From an uncultured Spirochaetota bacterium (GTDB lineage Bacteria > Spirochaetota > Spirochaetia > SZUA-6 > Fen-1364): a stretch of DNA of 64,000 nucleotides. Where the stretch lies: contig CAVTHO010000008.1 of the NCBI GenBank assembly GCA_963734545.1, forward strand, positions 576,001 to 640,000, read 5' to 3'. Position numbers and translations under genes: made by a program. Positions within the stretch are counted from its first letter, which is position 1. Each line of letters starts with the position of its first letter. The notes beneath the pieces are model-generated. The model ran no database searches and was not told the DNA's origin. It saw nothing but the letters and a program-made list of their open reading frames with translations. Below, piece by piece: positions 29,137 to 44,775 of the stretch.

Positions 29137-30156
29137 CTACGTGCAGCGCAGAACGATTTTTCCCGTATTCTTCCTGCTCTGAAGGTACATGTGCGCCGCC
29201 CCTGCATCGGCAAGGGGAAAGACCTTCCCGACCGTTGCGCGGTACACCCCGTTCTCGAATCCCTCCAGGGTCCAGTCAAGCGCCTTCATCAGGAGCTCCA
29301 CGCCAGGGGCGGTGTCGAAGAGCTTCAGCATGTTGAGGCCGAATACACCTTTATTGCCCATGGCGAGGCCTATCGGGGTCAGGAGGGGTGTCTTGAGAAG
29401 GCGAAACACTGTCTTCACGATCGAGCGCGTGGGTCCCGATACCAGGGATGAGACCCCGTAGCTCACGACCCTTCCGCCGGGCGCAAGGCGCCCCATGGAG
29501 TCCCGGAGGTCGCGGCCCCCGCGCGCGTCGAGGATCACGTCGAAATCCCTCCCCTCCGGACCGTTCCGATCTCCGAGCTCCTCATAGGTCAGAGCCTGGG
29601 CAGCACCGAGTGAACGCACCAGGTCCTTCTTCTCTGATGAGCCCACCACGCCGATCACCTTCGCTCCGGCGTGCGCTGCCACCTGCACGATGGCGCTTCC
29701 GACCCCGCCGGCCGCGCCGGGGACCAGGACCCGGTCACCGTCCCTCACACGTCCCATTTCCATCAGGGCGATCCAGGCGGTCATGAAGCTCACCGGGATC
29801 GATGCCGCCTCCACGTCAGAGAGGCGCCGCGGCGTCCGGCGGCAGTTCTGGACAGGCAGCACGATCTCGTCCGTGTAGCCGCCGAACCTGCAGGCAGCCA
29901 GGACCCGCTCACCCGGCCTGAACAGGTGCACGTCCGCGCCGACCTCGGCGATCACGCCCGCCACCTCGAAGCCGGGCGCGAAGGGCAGCCGGGGCGCCTC
30001 CGGGTACAGACCCATGCGCATCTGGACGTCGGCAAAGTTGATGCCTGTCGCGCTCACCTGGAGGCGGACCTGGTCCGGTGCCAGGGGCGCGGACGGCCGT
30101 TGAACGGCTCGAAAAACCTCCGGGCCTCCGAATCGTACTATTTGCATTTCGGTCAT
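29137..30156 (-). CDS. NADPH:quinone oxidoreductase / VAT-1-like MDR family protein
   Basis: GINFADVQMRMGLYP, PGFEVAG, GAAGGVG, RKNTGKIVL. Confidence 0.88.
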   Translation of the reverse strand: MTEMQIVRFGGPEVFRAVQRPSAPLAPDQVRLQVSATGINFADVQMRMGLYPEAPRLPFAPGFEVAGVIAEVGADVHLFRPGERVLAACRFGGYTDEIVLPVQNCRRTPRRLSDVEAASIPVSFMTAWIALMEMGRVRDGDRVLVPGAAGGVGSAIVQVAAHAGAKVIGVVGSSEKKDLVRSLGAAQALTYEELGDRNGPEGRDFDVILDARGGRDLRDSMGRLAPGGRVVSYGVSSLVSGPTRSIVKTVFRLLKTPLLTPIGLAMGNKGVFGLNMLKLFDTAPGVELLMKALDWTLEGFENGVYRATVGKVFPLADAGAAHMYLQSRKNTGKIVLRCT

Positions 30157-30300
30157 AAGGGCGCAAATATATCACTGGTGACGGCGGACAGTCCAACAGG
30201 TGTTGGGGGGGGGTGCGATTTCCTGGCTCGCAGCAGCCGCCTGCCTGCCGCCCCATCGCCGCAATTGTCCTCCCCCTCAATATCCTCTATCTTCTCACGC

Positions 30301-31317
30301 ATGCGTAATCCCCCCGCCGGGCGGAGGCTCGACGGCGAGCTCCTGCAGGGAGTAGAGCCTGTCACCCGCCTGCCCTTTGGCGCGAGCAGGTACTATGCGG
30401 CGCTCGCGAAAACCGATGACCCGGACGCCGACCCTATTGCGGCACAGTTCGTCCCGAGGCCGGAGGAGCTCGTCTCCCTCCCCTACGAATCCAGCGATCC
30501 TATCGGTGACAGGCGGTTCCTCGTCACCCCCCGCCTCGTCCATCACTACCGCGACCGGGCGCTTCTCCTTGTGAACGACCGCTGCGCCACGTACTGCCGG
30601 CACTGCTTCCGCCGCCACTTCACGGGCCACGGCGGCGGACGGCTTACGGACGACCAGCTCGAGGAGGCGTGCGCCTACCTCGCCCGCACGCCGTCCATCA
30701 GGGAGCTGCTTCTTTCCGGCGGAGATCCTCTCATGCTCGCCGACCAGGAGCTGCAGAGCGTGATTGCCCGGCTCAAGCAGGTCGATCCAGCCTACATCAT
30801 CCGGATCTGCACCCGGATGCCTGTGGTGCTTCCGTCCCGCATGACCGATTCGCTCGCCTCGATGCTCGCCAGCTTCGACTCCGTGTGGATGGTCATCCAC
30901 ACGAATCATCCGCGCGAGCTCACGAGCGAATTCCGTGACGGAGTGAGGCGCGTCATGAGGGCCGGGATCCCCGTTCTGAACCAGGCCGTTCTCCTGCGGG
31001 GAATCAACGATGATGCCGACACGCTGGAAGCGCTTTTCCGCGGCCTCCTCCGTGCCGGCGTCAAGCCGTACTACCTTTTCCAGGGAGACCTTGCCGCGGG
31101 GACTGCGCATTTCCGGGTTCCCATCGAACGGGGCATCGAGCTGATGCGGGAGCTTCGCGGCCGGCTGTCGGGCATGGCGCTGCCGACCTATGCGGTCGAC
31201 CTTCCGGGCGGGGGCGGGAAAGTGCCGGTGGAGTCCGCGCTCGCGCGCACGGAAGCGGATGCATACGTGTTCGTTGGTCCTGATGGCGGAGAGTACAGGT
31301 ACCCGCGGGAGCTTTGA
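30301..31317 (+). CDS. KamA/EpmB family lysine 2,3-aminomutase-like radical SAM enzyme
   Basis: CATYCRHCFRR, LLSGGDPL, HTNHPRE, NQAVLLRGIND, YAVDLPGGGGK. Confidence 0.88.
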   Translation: MRNPPAGRRLDGELLQGVEPVTRLPFGASRYYAALAKTDDPDADPIAAQFVPRPEELVSLPYESSDPIGDRRFLVTPRLVHHYRDRALLLVNDRCATYCRHCFRRHFTGHGGGRLTDDQLEEACAYLARTPSIRELLLSGGDPLMLADQELQSVIARLKQVDPAYIIRICTRMPVVLPSRMTDSLASMLASFDSVWMVIHTNHPRELTSEFRDGVRRVMRAGIPVLNQAVLLRGINDDADTLEALFRGLLRAGVKPYYLFQGDLAAGTAHFRVPIERGIELMRELRGRLSGMALPTYAVDLPGGGGKVPVESALARTEADAYVFVGPDGGEYRYPREL

Positions 31318-31325
31318 CGAATCAC

Positions 31326-37363
<6,038 letters not shown>

Positions 37364-37579
37364 CGCCGTTCGGCAGTTATCGCACAATGCTGTCAAGTGC
37401 GTCAATGCTCCTGGGCGGCAGGGGCGCCGGAGAACGGTTCTCGCGTTTGGTCGGCACGGGGAGCCTGGTCCTCCCGCGTGCGCCACGGCGCACTCGAATC
37501 GTCTCCTGACCGGAATCCGTGAAAACCGGGTGCCGGATGCATATAATTGAGAGCAGTGGAGGGGGAAAGGAGCATAGAG

Positions 37580-38371
37580 ATGTCGTTCAGGCTCAAGGAT
37601 GCGGTTTTCAAGGTCCGCTGCAGGGAACCGGGGTGCCCGTTCAATAACGACTTCACGGTAACGGAAAACATCATGGGCGCCACCGAGGCGGACGTCGACT
37701 CGGAGGCGCTGAAGATCGCCCGGAATATGGGATTCATCAAGCACGACGCGCTGTACGGCAGGAAGCACCAGCTCGTGAACCCGGAAGTGTACAAGGTCGA
37801 TTCCCGCTACGAACGGATCGGAACGACGCCGTACACGCCGCAGGCGGCACCCCCCGCGTTCGGGCAGCAGGCGGCCGCGGGGCCGTCGGTGCCGACAAGG
37901 ACCTACCGTCGGGGCGATGTCATCATCCGGCGAGGGGAGAGCGCCGCAACGGTCTGCGAGGTGATCCGCGGGGTCGCCTTGAACGAGAAACTGCCGGATC
38001 TGGCGTACAAGGCAGGATCGACATTTGGTGCTGCCTCCATTTTCAAGCAGAAGAAGCGGATGGTTGACATCGTTGCCGGAGAAGACGGCACGACAATAGC
38101 CTTCTATAATCTCAGGGAGCTTTCGAAAACAAACCCGGCAAAGGCCCGTGCGCTCTACGACGAGTCCATGGAAGACATCTTCCACATTCTGAGCTATCTG
38201 GAGGAGTACTCCGATTCCCTGGAAAAGCAGGTGAGCAGGCTGCAGGCGGCCAAGAAAGGGCCTGCGGCCAGGAAGGCATCTGCGGCGAAAAAGAAGCCTG
38301 CCAAGCCTGCGCGCAAGGCAGCCTCCAAGGCAAAAAAGGCGAAGACCGGAAAAAAGAAAGCGAAGCGCTGA
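37580..38371 (+). CDS. Cyclic nucleotide-binding-like protein with Cys/His N-domain and Lys/Ala-rich tail
   Basis: CREPGC...H...H N-terminus; YRRGDVIIRRGE...GSTFGAASIF...R cNMP-like fold; helical segment; tail AAKKGPAARKASAAKKKPAK. Confidence 0.75.
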   Translation: MSFRLKDAVFKVRCREPGCPFNNDFTVTENIMGATEADVDSEALKIARNMGFIKHDALYGRKHQLVNPEVYKVDSRYERIGTTPYTPQAAPPAFGQQAAAGPSVPTRTYRRGDVIIRRGESAATVCEVIRGVALNEKLPDLAYKAGSTFGAASIFKQKKRMVDIVAGEDGTTIAFYNLRELSKTNPAKARALYDESMEDIFHILSYLEEYSDSLEKQVSRLQAAKKGPAARKASAAKKKPAKPARKAASKAKKAKTGKKKAKR

Positions 38372-38410
38372 GCCACCGTCCGGAAGCGCTGATCGCTGCA
38401 TCCCCGCGTC

Positions 38411-40979
38411 TCATTTTCGGGGCCGCACACCTGATATCGGCTCGGCATCGAGCGGATTCTCCGGCCAGTAGTGCTTCGGATACCGGCCCCGCATCTCCTT
38501 GCGGACCTCGGCATAGGTCGTGCGCCAGAAGCTCGCCAGATCGCTGGTTATCTGAAGGGGCCGTCGGGCGGGGGACAGGAGCCTGAAGGCGAGCGGAACA
38601 CCGCACACGCGGGGGCTTGCGGCCAGACCGAAAACTTCCTGAATGCGCGCCTCCACCGCGGGCTCGGTTCCCTCATAGTCGATGGGGCGCCGCCCGCCGG
38701 TGGGAAGCGTAAGAGTCTCCGGCACCTCCGCTTCGAAAGCTCCCCGATCCGCCCCGAGCAGCGCCTGCAGGGCATCAGACAGCGGCCCCGCCGTGATCAC
38801 CTGCCCTCCCGTGAGCCTCAGAAACGGCTCCAGCCATTCACCGGACCGGGTGGCAAGCCCCGAATCCGACAGGTCACCGAGGCCGCGCTCGGGCCGTTTC
38901 CGCGCGTAAAAACGCATGCGCGCCAGGAGGCCGCGGGTGCGCGCGTTCCACGGCAGGATGCCGATTCCCTGCCGCTGGAGGTGCGCGCCGAATGAGGCGG
39001 CAATCTCCGCCGCAGCCGGACGGGCCGGCCGCTCGCTCAGGGAAAGCCTTCCCGCGCGTCTGACATGGATTCCCTTTGGCACGAGTCCCTCCCAGCGGAT
39101 CTCGAGGGATTCTTCCGCGGCGAGCGCGAGGATCCTGTCCGCCTCCTCCTGGTCCATTGGCGCGGCGAGCCTGATGATCCCCGAGGTCTCGCCCGCATCG
39201 GCATCCGGCGCCGTGATCCAGTGCGCCGCTGCGCGGCTGGCCACGGCGAGCGGATTACGCGCCGCGGTACTCCGCGGGTTCTGCCCCGAGGGGCCGCGGC
39301 CTGATCCGGGAAACCGCGCGACCCGTCCCGTGACCAGCCGGTAGGACCCGTCCGGCTCCCTCCGAGCGATCCGGTCCGGGAACGCATAGCCCAGCAGGTT
39401 GCCCACCCGCTCCTCCTGGTCGACGGTCCAGCCGCGTGTCGCTCCCTCCCGGGCGTGACGAGCGGCGGAGAATGCGCTCCATCTCGAGACCCACGGCCCT
39501 CCGCCATGAATCAGCTCCCCCCCTCCCCGTCCGTATCATTTCCAGCCGGACCCGGAAGTCCGGATCTCCGCCGGCCCCTGAGCCGTCTCTCTCCTCCAGG
39601 ATCGCGGCGCACGCGGCCGCAAGAACGCGCATGTTTCGACCGGCCCCCCGGATGACGAGGACCCCGAGCCGAGGCGCCAGCCCGAGCCCTGCCACGGTTC
39701 GGCCGAGGTCCGTCGGACCGCTGTCGTCGAGCAGATCGAGCATGCGCAGGATCTGCGCGGCCTGGCTCCACGCGGCGGCGGGAGGCGGATCGAGCCATCG
39801 GAGATCCGCGCCGCTGCGCGCGCCCCAGAGGGCGCACTCGAGCACGAGCCCCGAGAGGTCTTCCCGGAGGATCTCGGGGTCCGGCCGGGACAGGAGGCGT
39901 TCCGACTCGGCCCAGAAGCGCACGCAGAGCCCGGGGCCCAGCCTGCCCGCCCGGCCGCGCCTCTGGTCTGCCGAGGATGCGCTCACGCGCTCCGTGACCA
40001 GCCTGTCCAGGCCGGTCGCGGGGTGGAAGCGGGAGAGCCGGGCCCAACCGGAGTCTGCCACCGTGCGAATGCCCGGGACTGTCAGGCTGGTCTCCGCGAC
40101 GGAAGTGGCGAGGATCACCCTTCGCGGCATCGGATCGGTCCGCCCTGCTGCGGCCGCTGTTTCCATCGAACGCCCGATCACCCTCTGCTGCTCCTCCAGG
40201 CGCATGGTCCCGTGCAGGGGCAGGACTTCCGCCCGGCCGCCCAGCAGGCCGGTCAGCCTGGCTCCCACCCGGCGGATCTCCCCCGCCCCGGGAAGGAAAG
40301 CGAGAAGGTCGCCCTCTGTCTCTTCGAACAACCGCGCGGTACCATCGGCAAAGCCCTCCTCCCAGCGTCCTGCCTGCCCCAGTGCCTGATAGCGCGTATC
40401 CACCGGGTGCAGGGAGCCGGGGCAATGCAGGGAGGGCGCGGGGCCGGCCCCGGAACTTCCCAGGAGGGCGGCGACGGACTCGGTGTCCAGGGTGGCGGAC
40501 ATGACCAGGAGCGCGAGATCCCCCCGCGCGCGCCGCACCTCGAGGGCGAGGGCGAGCGCCAGGTCGGCGTGGATCGAGCGCTCGTGAAACTCGTCCAGGA
40601 TCACCAGGCCCACGCCGGCAAGAAGCGGGTCCTCCTGTATCCGGCGCGTGAGCAGCGCCTCCGTCACCACCAGGATCCGCGTGTCCCTGCTCACCCGGGA
40701 GGCGGTGCGCACCGTGTAGCCCGCGCGCCGTCCCAGGGGCTCGCCAAGGAGGTCCGCGATCCTTGCGGACACCGCGACAGCCGCGAGGCGCCGAGGCTCG
40801 AGCATGATGATGGACCGCCCGGCCAGCCATGGCGCGTCCATGAGGTAGGGAGGAACGAGCGTGGACTTGCCGGCGCCGGGTTCTGCCGTCAGGGCGAGCA
40901 CGCGCTGATGCTCGAGAGACTCGGAAATCCGCGGCAGAAAGGGAACGAGCGGCAGGCCCGTCTGGGAGAAGTCCATCAT
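38411..40979 (-). CDS. hrpB: ATP-dependent RNA helicase HrpB (frameshift ~39420-39440)
   Basis: AEPGAGKST, LEPRRLAA, DEFHERS, MSATL, QRRGRAGR; C-terminal LLSPARRPLQITSDLASFW...RGRYPKHYWP. Confidence 0.92.
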
Positions 40980-41019
40980 GTGCGCGGAAGCGACAGGTCC
41001 CGCGGCGGAACGGGACGGC

Positions 41020-41220
41020 TCAGGCGCGCGGAGCCTTCCTTCGCGCGGCACCGAGCACGGTAAGAACGATCCCCACCGCGCCGACGATTGCTCCAATAAC
41101 GGTCCAGAGCGAGTTTCCCGACATGACGGCACTCTGGGTCAGGACGTTGGTCCCCTGGAGCACCCAGACAGCTCCGAGCAGGACAAACAGTATTCCCACG
41201 ATGATAAGGACCCACCTCAT
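41020..41220 (-). CDS. Small two-TM membrane protein
   Basis: 66 aa, two hydrophobic helices, WVLQG...MSG motif, GGAGG RBS. Confidence 0.75.
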   Translation of the reverse strand: MRWVLIIVGILFVLLGAVWVLQGTNVLTQSAVMSGNSLWTVIGAIVGAVGIVLTVLGAARRKAPRA

Positions 41221-41280
41221 ATGAAACCTCCCTCAAGGAACCATCCGAATATACTGAAGTTTCGAGGCTCCCGGATGGGC

Positions 41281-42087
41281 TCATGGGCTCCCCGCAGGTG
41301 CCGGCATGCTCACGCCCTCCTTCACCATGCGCCGCGCACGGTATCGCACCATCCGTCTTCCTTCAACGGCTTCGAACCCCAGGCCCAATTGGAAGGGTGC
41401 GTGCGCATCCGAGCCCGGAGTGAGGGGAAGGCCGCGCCGGGCCATCAGGGCGACGATCTCGGGCGAGGGGTAGGTTTCGCCGATCTCCTTGCGCGCGCCG
41501 GATGTATTGATCTCCGCGCTCATGCCGCGTGAGATGCACAAACCGATTATTTCCTCCACCTCCGCGCGATGCGTTGCCAGGAGCGGTCTTCCGGGCCTCT
41601 TGATGAGGTCGAAATGCGCAAGACAATCGTAGAGGTCTGTTTCGATACCCTTGCGGATCGCCGCCAGGTAGTCGTCATAGATGCGCGCGAGCGGCCGGGT
41701 GTCGCGATCGAAATCGAAGACAAACTGGTCCTCCGGCCAATCCCGGATGAAATGGACGGACATGAGGACGAAGTCGAACGCGTGCGCCGAGAGAAAGCGC
41801 GCGACATACTCCTCCCTCCCCTCGATGTAGTCCGCCTCGATCCCGCTCAGAATCGTGAGCGCGGGAAACAATGCGCGGGTACGCTCCAGCTCGTCCAGGT
41901 AGCGGGGGAAGTCCGCGCTCGCCATTCGCAGCCTGTCACCGAGGAATCCGGGACGGAATCCCGGCAGGGGAAGATGGGGCGTGAAGCATATCTCGCGCAT
42001 GCCCCGGGCCACGGCCGCGCGGGCATATTCTTCAAGGCTGCCGGTTGCGTGCCGGCAGAAGTGGCAGTGCATGTGATAATCGTGCAT
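41281..42087 (-). CDS. Histidinol-phosphatase HisJ family (PHP domain)
   Basis: DYHMHCHFCRHA, GIEADY, SVHF, AHFDLIK, EINTSG, GSDAH. Confidence 0.87.
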   Translation of the reverse strand: MHDYHMHCHFCRHATGSLEEYARAAVARGMREICFTPHLPLPGFRPGFLGDRLRMASADFPRYLDELERTRALFPALTILSGIEADYIEGREEYVARFLSAHAFDFVLMSVHFIRDWPEDQFVFDFDRDTRPLARIYDDYLAAIRKGIETDLYDCLAHFDLIKRPGRPLLATHRAEVEEIIGLCISRGMSAEINTSGARKEIGETYPSPEIVALMARRGLPLTPGSDAHAPFQLGLGFEAVEGRRMVRYRARRMVKEGVSMPAPAGSP

Positions 42088-42124
42088 CGGGAATGACAAC
42101 CTCGATTCAACTGGTGTAGCGACG

Positions 42125-44623
42125 GTGACTGGGAGTAGTATACTGATCAGGGGGAGGCATGGAAACACCGGCCGGCAGAACGTGGGCAAGACCGTCGGTC
42201 TCCGCGAACGCCATTTCAGGACGCTCGTTGAAAACTCGCCCGACCTGATCACGCGATTCGACCGCGAATGCCGTACCCTGTATGCGAATCCGGCAGCCGT
42301 GAGGGAGCTGGGCGCCCACACGGGAGTGCTCCTCGGCAAGACACACGGGGAGATGGGGCTGCCGGACAGAATAGTGGCGAGCTCGGAAGCGACGATCCGG
42401 CGCGTGTTCGAAACGGGACAAGAACAGGTTTTCGAGATGACGGTTCAGAGGCCGGGAGGGATGAAGCACTATCTTGCCCGCGTCGTCCCCGAGTACGGGG
42501 ATGACGGCGTCATCGAATCAGCCCTCGTCATCCACAGGGACATCACCGCGCACAAAACCGCCGAGACGGCGCTGCGCGAAAGCGAACAGCACTATCAAGA
42601 GCTCCTTGCCGCGGCCGGGCGGCAGGCCCAGGAGATAGAGCTCCTCGACCGGGTCCGCACCGCGCTTGCCGGGGAATTGGAGCTGCCCGTCGTGTTTCGC
42701 ACGGTCGTGGAGGGCACGGCGGCCGCGTTCGGCTACACCCAGGTGAGCCTCTACCTCCTCCAGGGAGACGTGCTGAAATGCCAGCATCAGGTCGGGTATG
42801 CGCACATCATCGAGGAGGTTCCCGTCACGCGCGGCATAATGGGCCGGGTCGCACGGACAGGGAGGGCGGCCCTCGTGGAGGATGTGCGCGCCGATCCGGA
42901 TTTCATCGGGGCGATCGAGGGCATCGTCTCGGAAGTGTGCATTCCCCTCCGGGACCAGGGCAGGGTCGTCGGCACATTCAACGTGGAGAGCACGGGCGGG
43001 GTCACGATGGGTGAGGCCGATCTGCGGCTGATGTCGGCGCTCGGGGAGCATGTGAGCATCGCGATCGCCAAGGCGCGTCTGTATACGGCGGCCCGGGCCA
43101 GCGAGGAGCGCTACCGCCAGCTCGTCGAGACCCTCGGCGAAGGGATCACGATCGTCGATTCGGAAGAGAACGTGCTGCTCGCGAATCCGGCTGCGGAATC
43201 CGTGTTCGGGGTGCCGCGGGGCGCGCTCGCCGGAAGAAACCTCCGGGAGTTTCTCAACGAAAAAGAGTACGCCCGCATCCGCGCCGAATCCGGCAGACGC
43301 CGCCACGAGGAGAGCACGACGTACGAGCTCGAGCTCATCCGTCCTGACGGCGGGGTCCGCCTGATCCAGGTGACCGCGACCCCGCACCATGACGAGAACG
43401 GGGCGTTCGCCGGGACCTTCGGCACCCTGCACGACATCACGGAGGCCCGCAGGACCGAGGAGGCCCTCCAGCGGATCGAGGACAGGCTCGCCCAGGCGCA
43501 GAAGATGGAGGCGGTGGGGCGGCTGGCGGGCGGCATCGCGCATGACTTCAACAACCTTCTCACGGTCATCAGCGGCTACGCGGGCCTCATCGACGAAAAC
43601 CTGAAGAGCTCCCACCCCATGAAACCCGACATCGAACAGATCAGGAAAGCGGCGGAGCGGGCCGCGGACCTGACCGCGCAGCTCCTTGCCTTCAGCAGAA
43701 AGCAGGTGCTCCAGCCGCGCGTCATCGAGCTGAATGAAATCGTCAAGGGCATGGAGACGATGCTCCGCCGCGTCATCGGAGAGGATATCGAGCTGGTGAC
43801 GGCGCTCCCGCCGCGGACGGGCAACGTGAAGGCGGACAGGGGACAGATCGAGCAGGTGATCATCAATCTCGCCGCGAACGCGCGGGACGCAATGCCCGCC
43901 GGCGGAAAGCTCACCATCGAGACGGACAACCGGTCCCTCGGCGACTCCCATTTGCGCGAGCATCCCGAGCTGCTCCCGGGTGACTATGTCATGCTCGCGG
44001 TCCGGGATACGGGGGTGGGAATGAACGCGGAAACTCTCTCCCGCATCTTCGAGCCCTTCTTCACGACGAAGGAGGTGGGAAAGGGGACCGGCCTGGGACT
44101 GGCAATGGTCTACGGCATCGTCAAGCAGAGCGGAGGCTACGTCTACTGCGAAAGCGTGGTCGGTGAAGGCTCCACCTTCACGATGTTCTTCCCCAGGGTC
44201 CACGGGATGCTCTCCACGGGCCGGGAGGAAGAAGAGGCGCGGGCCCTCGCGGGTGGCAATGAGACAATCCTGCTGGCCGAGGATGAAGAGGCGGTCCGAC
44301 GGTTTACCCGGGCGATTCTGGAAAAGTACGGCTACCGGGTGATAGAGGCGGGCAGCGGCGTGGAAGCGCTGGAGGCGCTCTCCGCTGCCGGATGCCGCAT
44401 CCAACTCCTCCTCTCCGACGTCATCATGCCGCAGATGAGCGGACCCGATCTCGGGCGCAAGGTGAAGAAAATCTGCCCGGAAGCCCGGATCCTCTACATG
44501 TCCGGATATGCGGAGAGCTCGATCGTCCACCGCGGGATCCTCGATGCGGAAGTCGCGCTGCTCCAGAAACCGTTCGATGCCGCGACGCTGCTGGGGAAGG
44601 TCCGCGAGGTCCTGGACCGCTAG
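42125..44623 (+). CDS. Hybrid sensor histidine kinase (PAS-GAF-PAS-HisKA-HATPase-REC)
   Basis: GRLAGGIAHDFNNLL, NARDAM, DTGVGM, FEPFFTTK, GTGLGL, LLLSDVIMP, QKPF; start uncertain (RBS-backed ATG at 42159 is out of frame). Confidence 0.92.
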   Translation: MTGSSILIRGRHGNTGRQNVGKTVGLRERHFRTLVENSPDLITRFDRECRTLYANPAAVRELGAHTGVLLGKTHGEMGLPDRIVASSEATIRRVFETGQEQVFEMTVQRPGGMKHYLARVVPEYGDDGVIESALVIHRDITAHKTAETALRESEQHYQELLAAAGRQAQEIELLDRVRTALAGELELPVVFRTVVEGTAAAFGYTQVSLYLLQGDVLKCQHQVGYAHIIEEVPVTRGIMGRVARTGRAALVEDVRADPDFIGAIEGIVSEVCIPLRDQGRVVGTFNVESTGGVTMGEADLRLMSALGEHVSIAIAKARLYTAARASEERYRQLVETLGEGITIVDSEENVLLANPAAESVFGVPRGALAGRNLREFLNEKEYARIRAESGRRRHEESTTYELELIRPDGGVRLIQVTATPHHDENGAFAGTFGTLHDITEARRTEEALQRIEDRLAQAQKMEAVGRLAGGIAHDFNNLLTVISGYAGLIDENLKSSHPMKPDIEQIRKAAERAADLTAQLLAFSRKQVLQPRVIELNEIVKGMETMLRRVIGEDIELVTALPPRTGNVKADRGQIEQVIINLAANARDAMPAGGKLTIETDNRSLGDSHLREHPELLPGDYVMLAVRDTGVGMNAETLSRIFEPFFTTKEVGKGTGLGLAMVYGIVKQSGGYVYCESVVGEGSTFTMFFPRVHGMLSTGREEEEARALAGGNETILLAEDEEAVRRFTRAILEKYGYRVIEAGSGVEALEALSAAGCRIQLLLSDVIMPQMSGPDLGRKVKKICPEARILYMSGYAESSIVHRGILDAEVALLQKPFDAATLLGKVREVLDR

Positions 44624-44775
44624 CGCGGCGGAACGCCGCGCGAAGGGGGCCCCCTTCCGCGGTACTCCGCGGAGTTGGGCGGCAGCGCGGTCGCTCCCGG
44701 CGACATTTCGTTGGAGCGCCGAAGCAGCGCGGGATACCGTGCTAGGGCGAGAAACGGCGGGAGCCCTGGGGGAGC

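Noticed and set aside
30301-31317. Glutamate 2,3-aminomutase suggested by adjacency to gltBD
   Set aside because: Both lysine-binding Asp positions appear retained (FQGD and YAVD), which fits lysine-type KamA/EpmB; the genes are convergent, not operonic.
42125-42200. Leader peptide from the RBS-backed ATG at 42159
   Set aside because: More simply the true kinase start displaced by an indel error.
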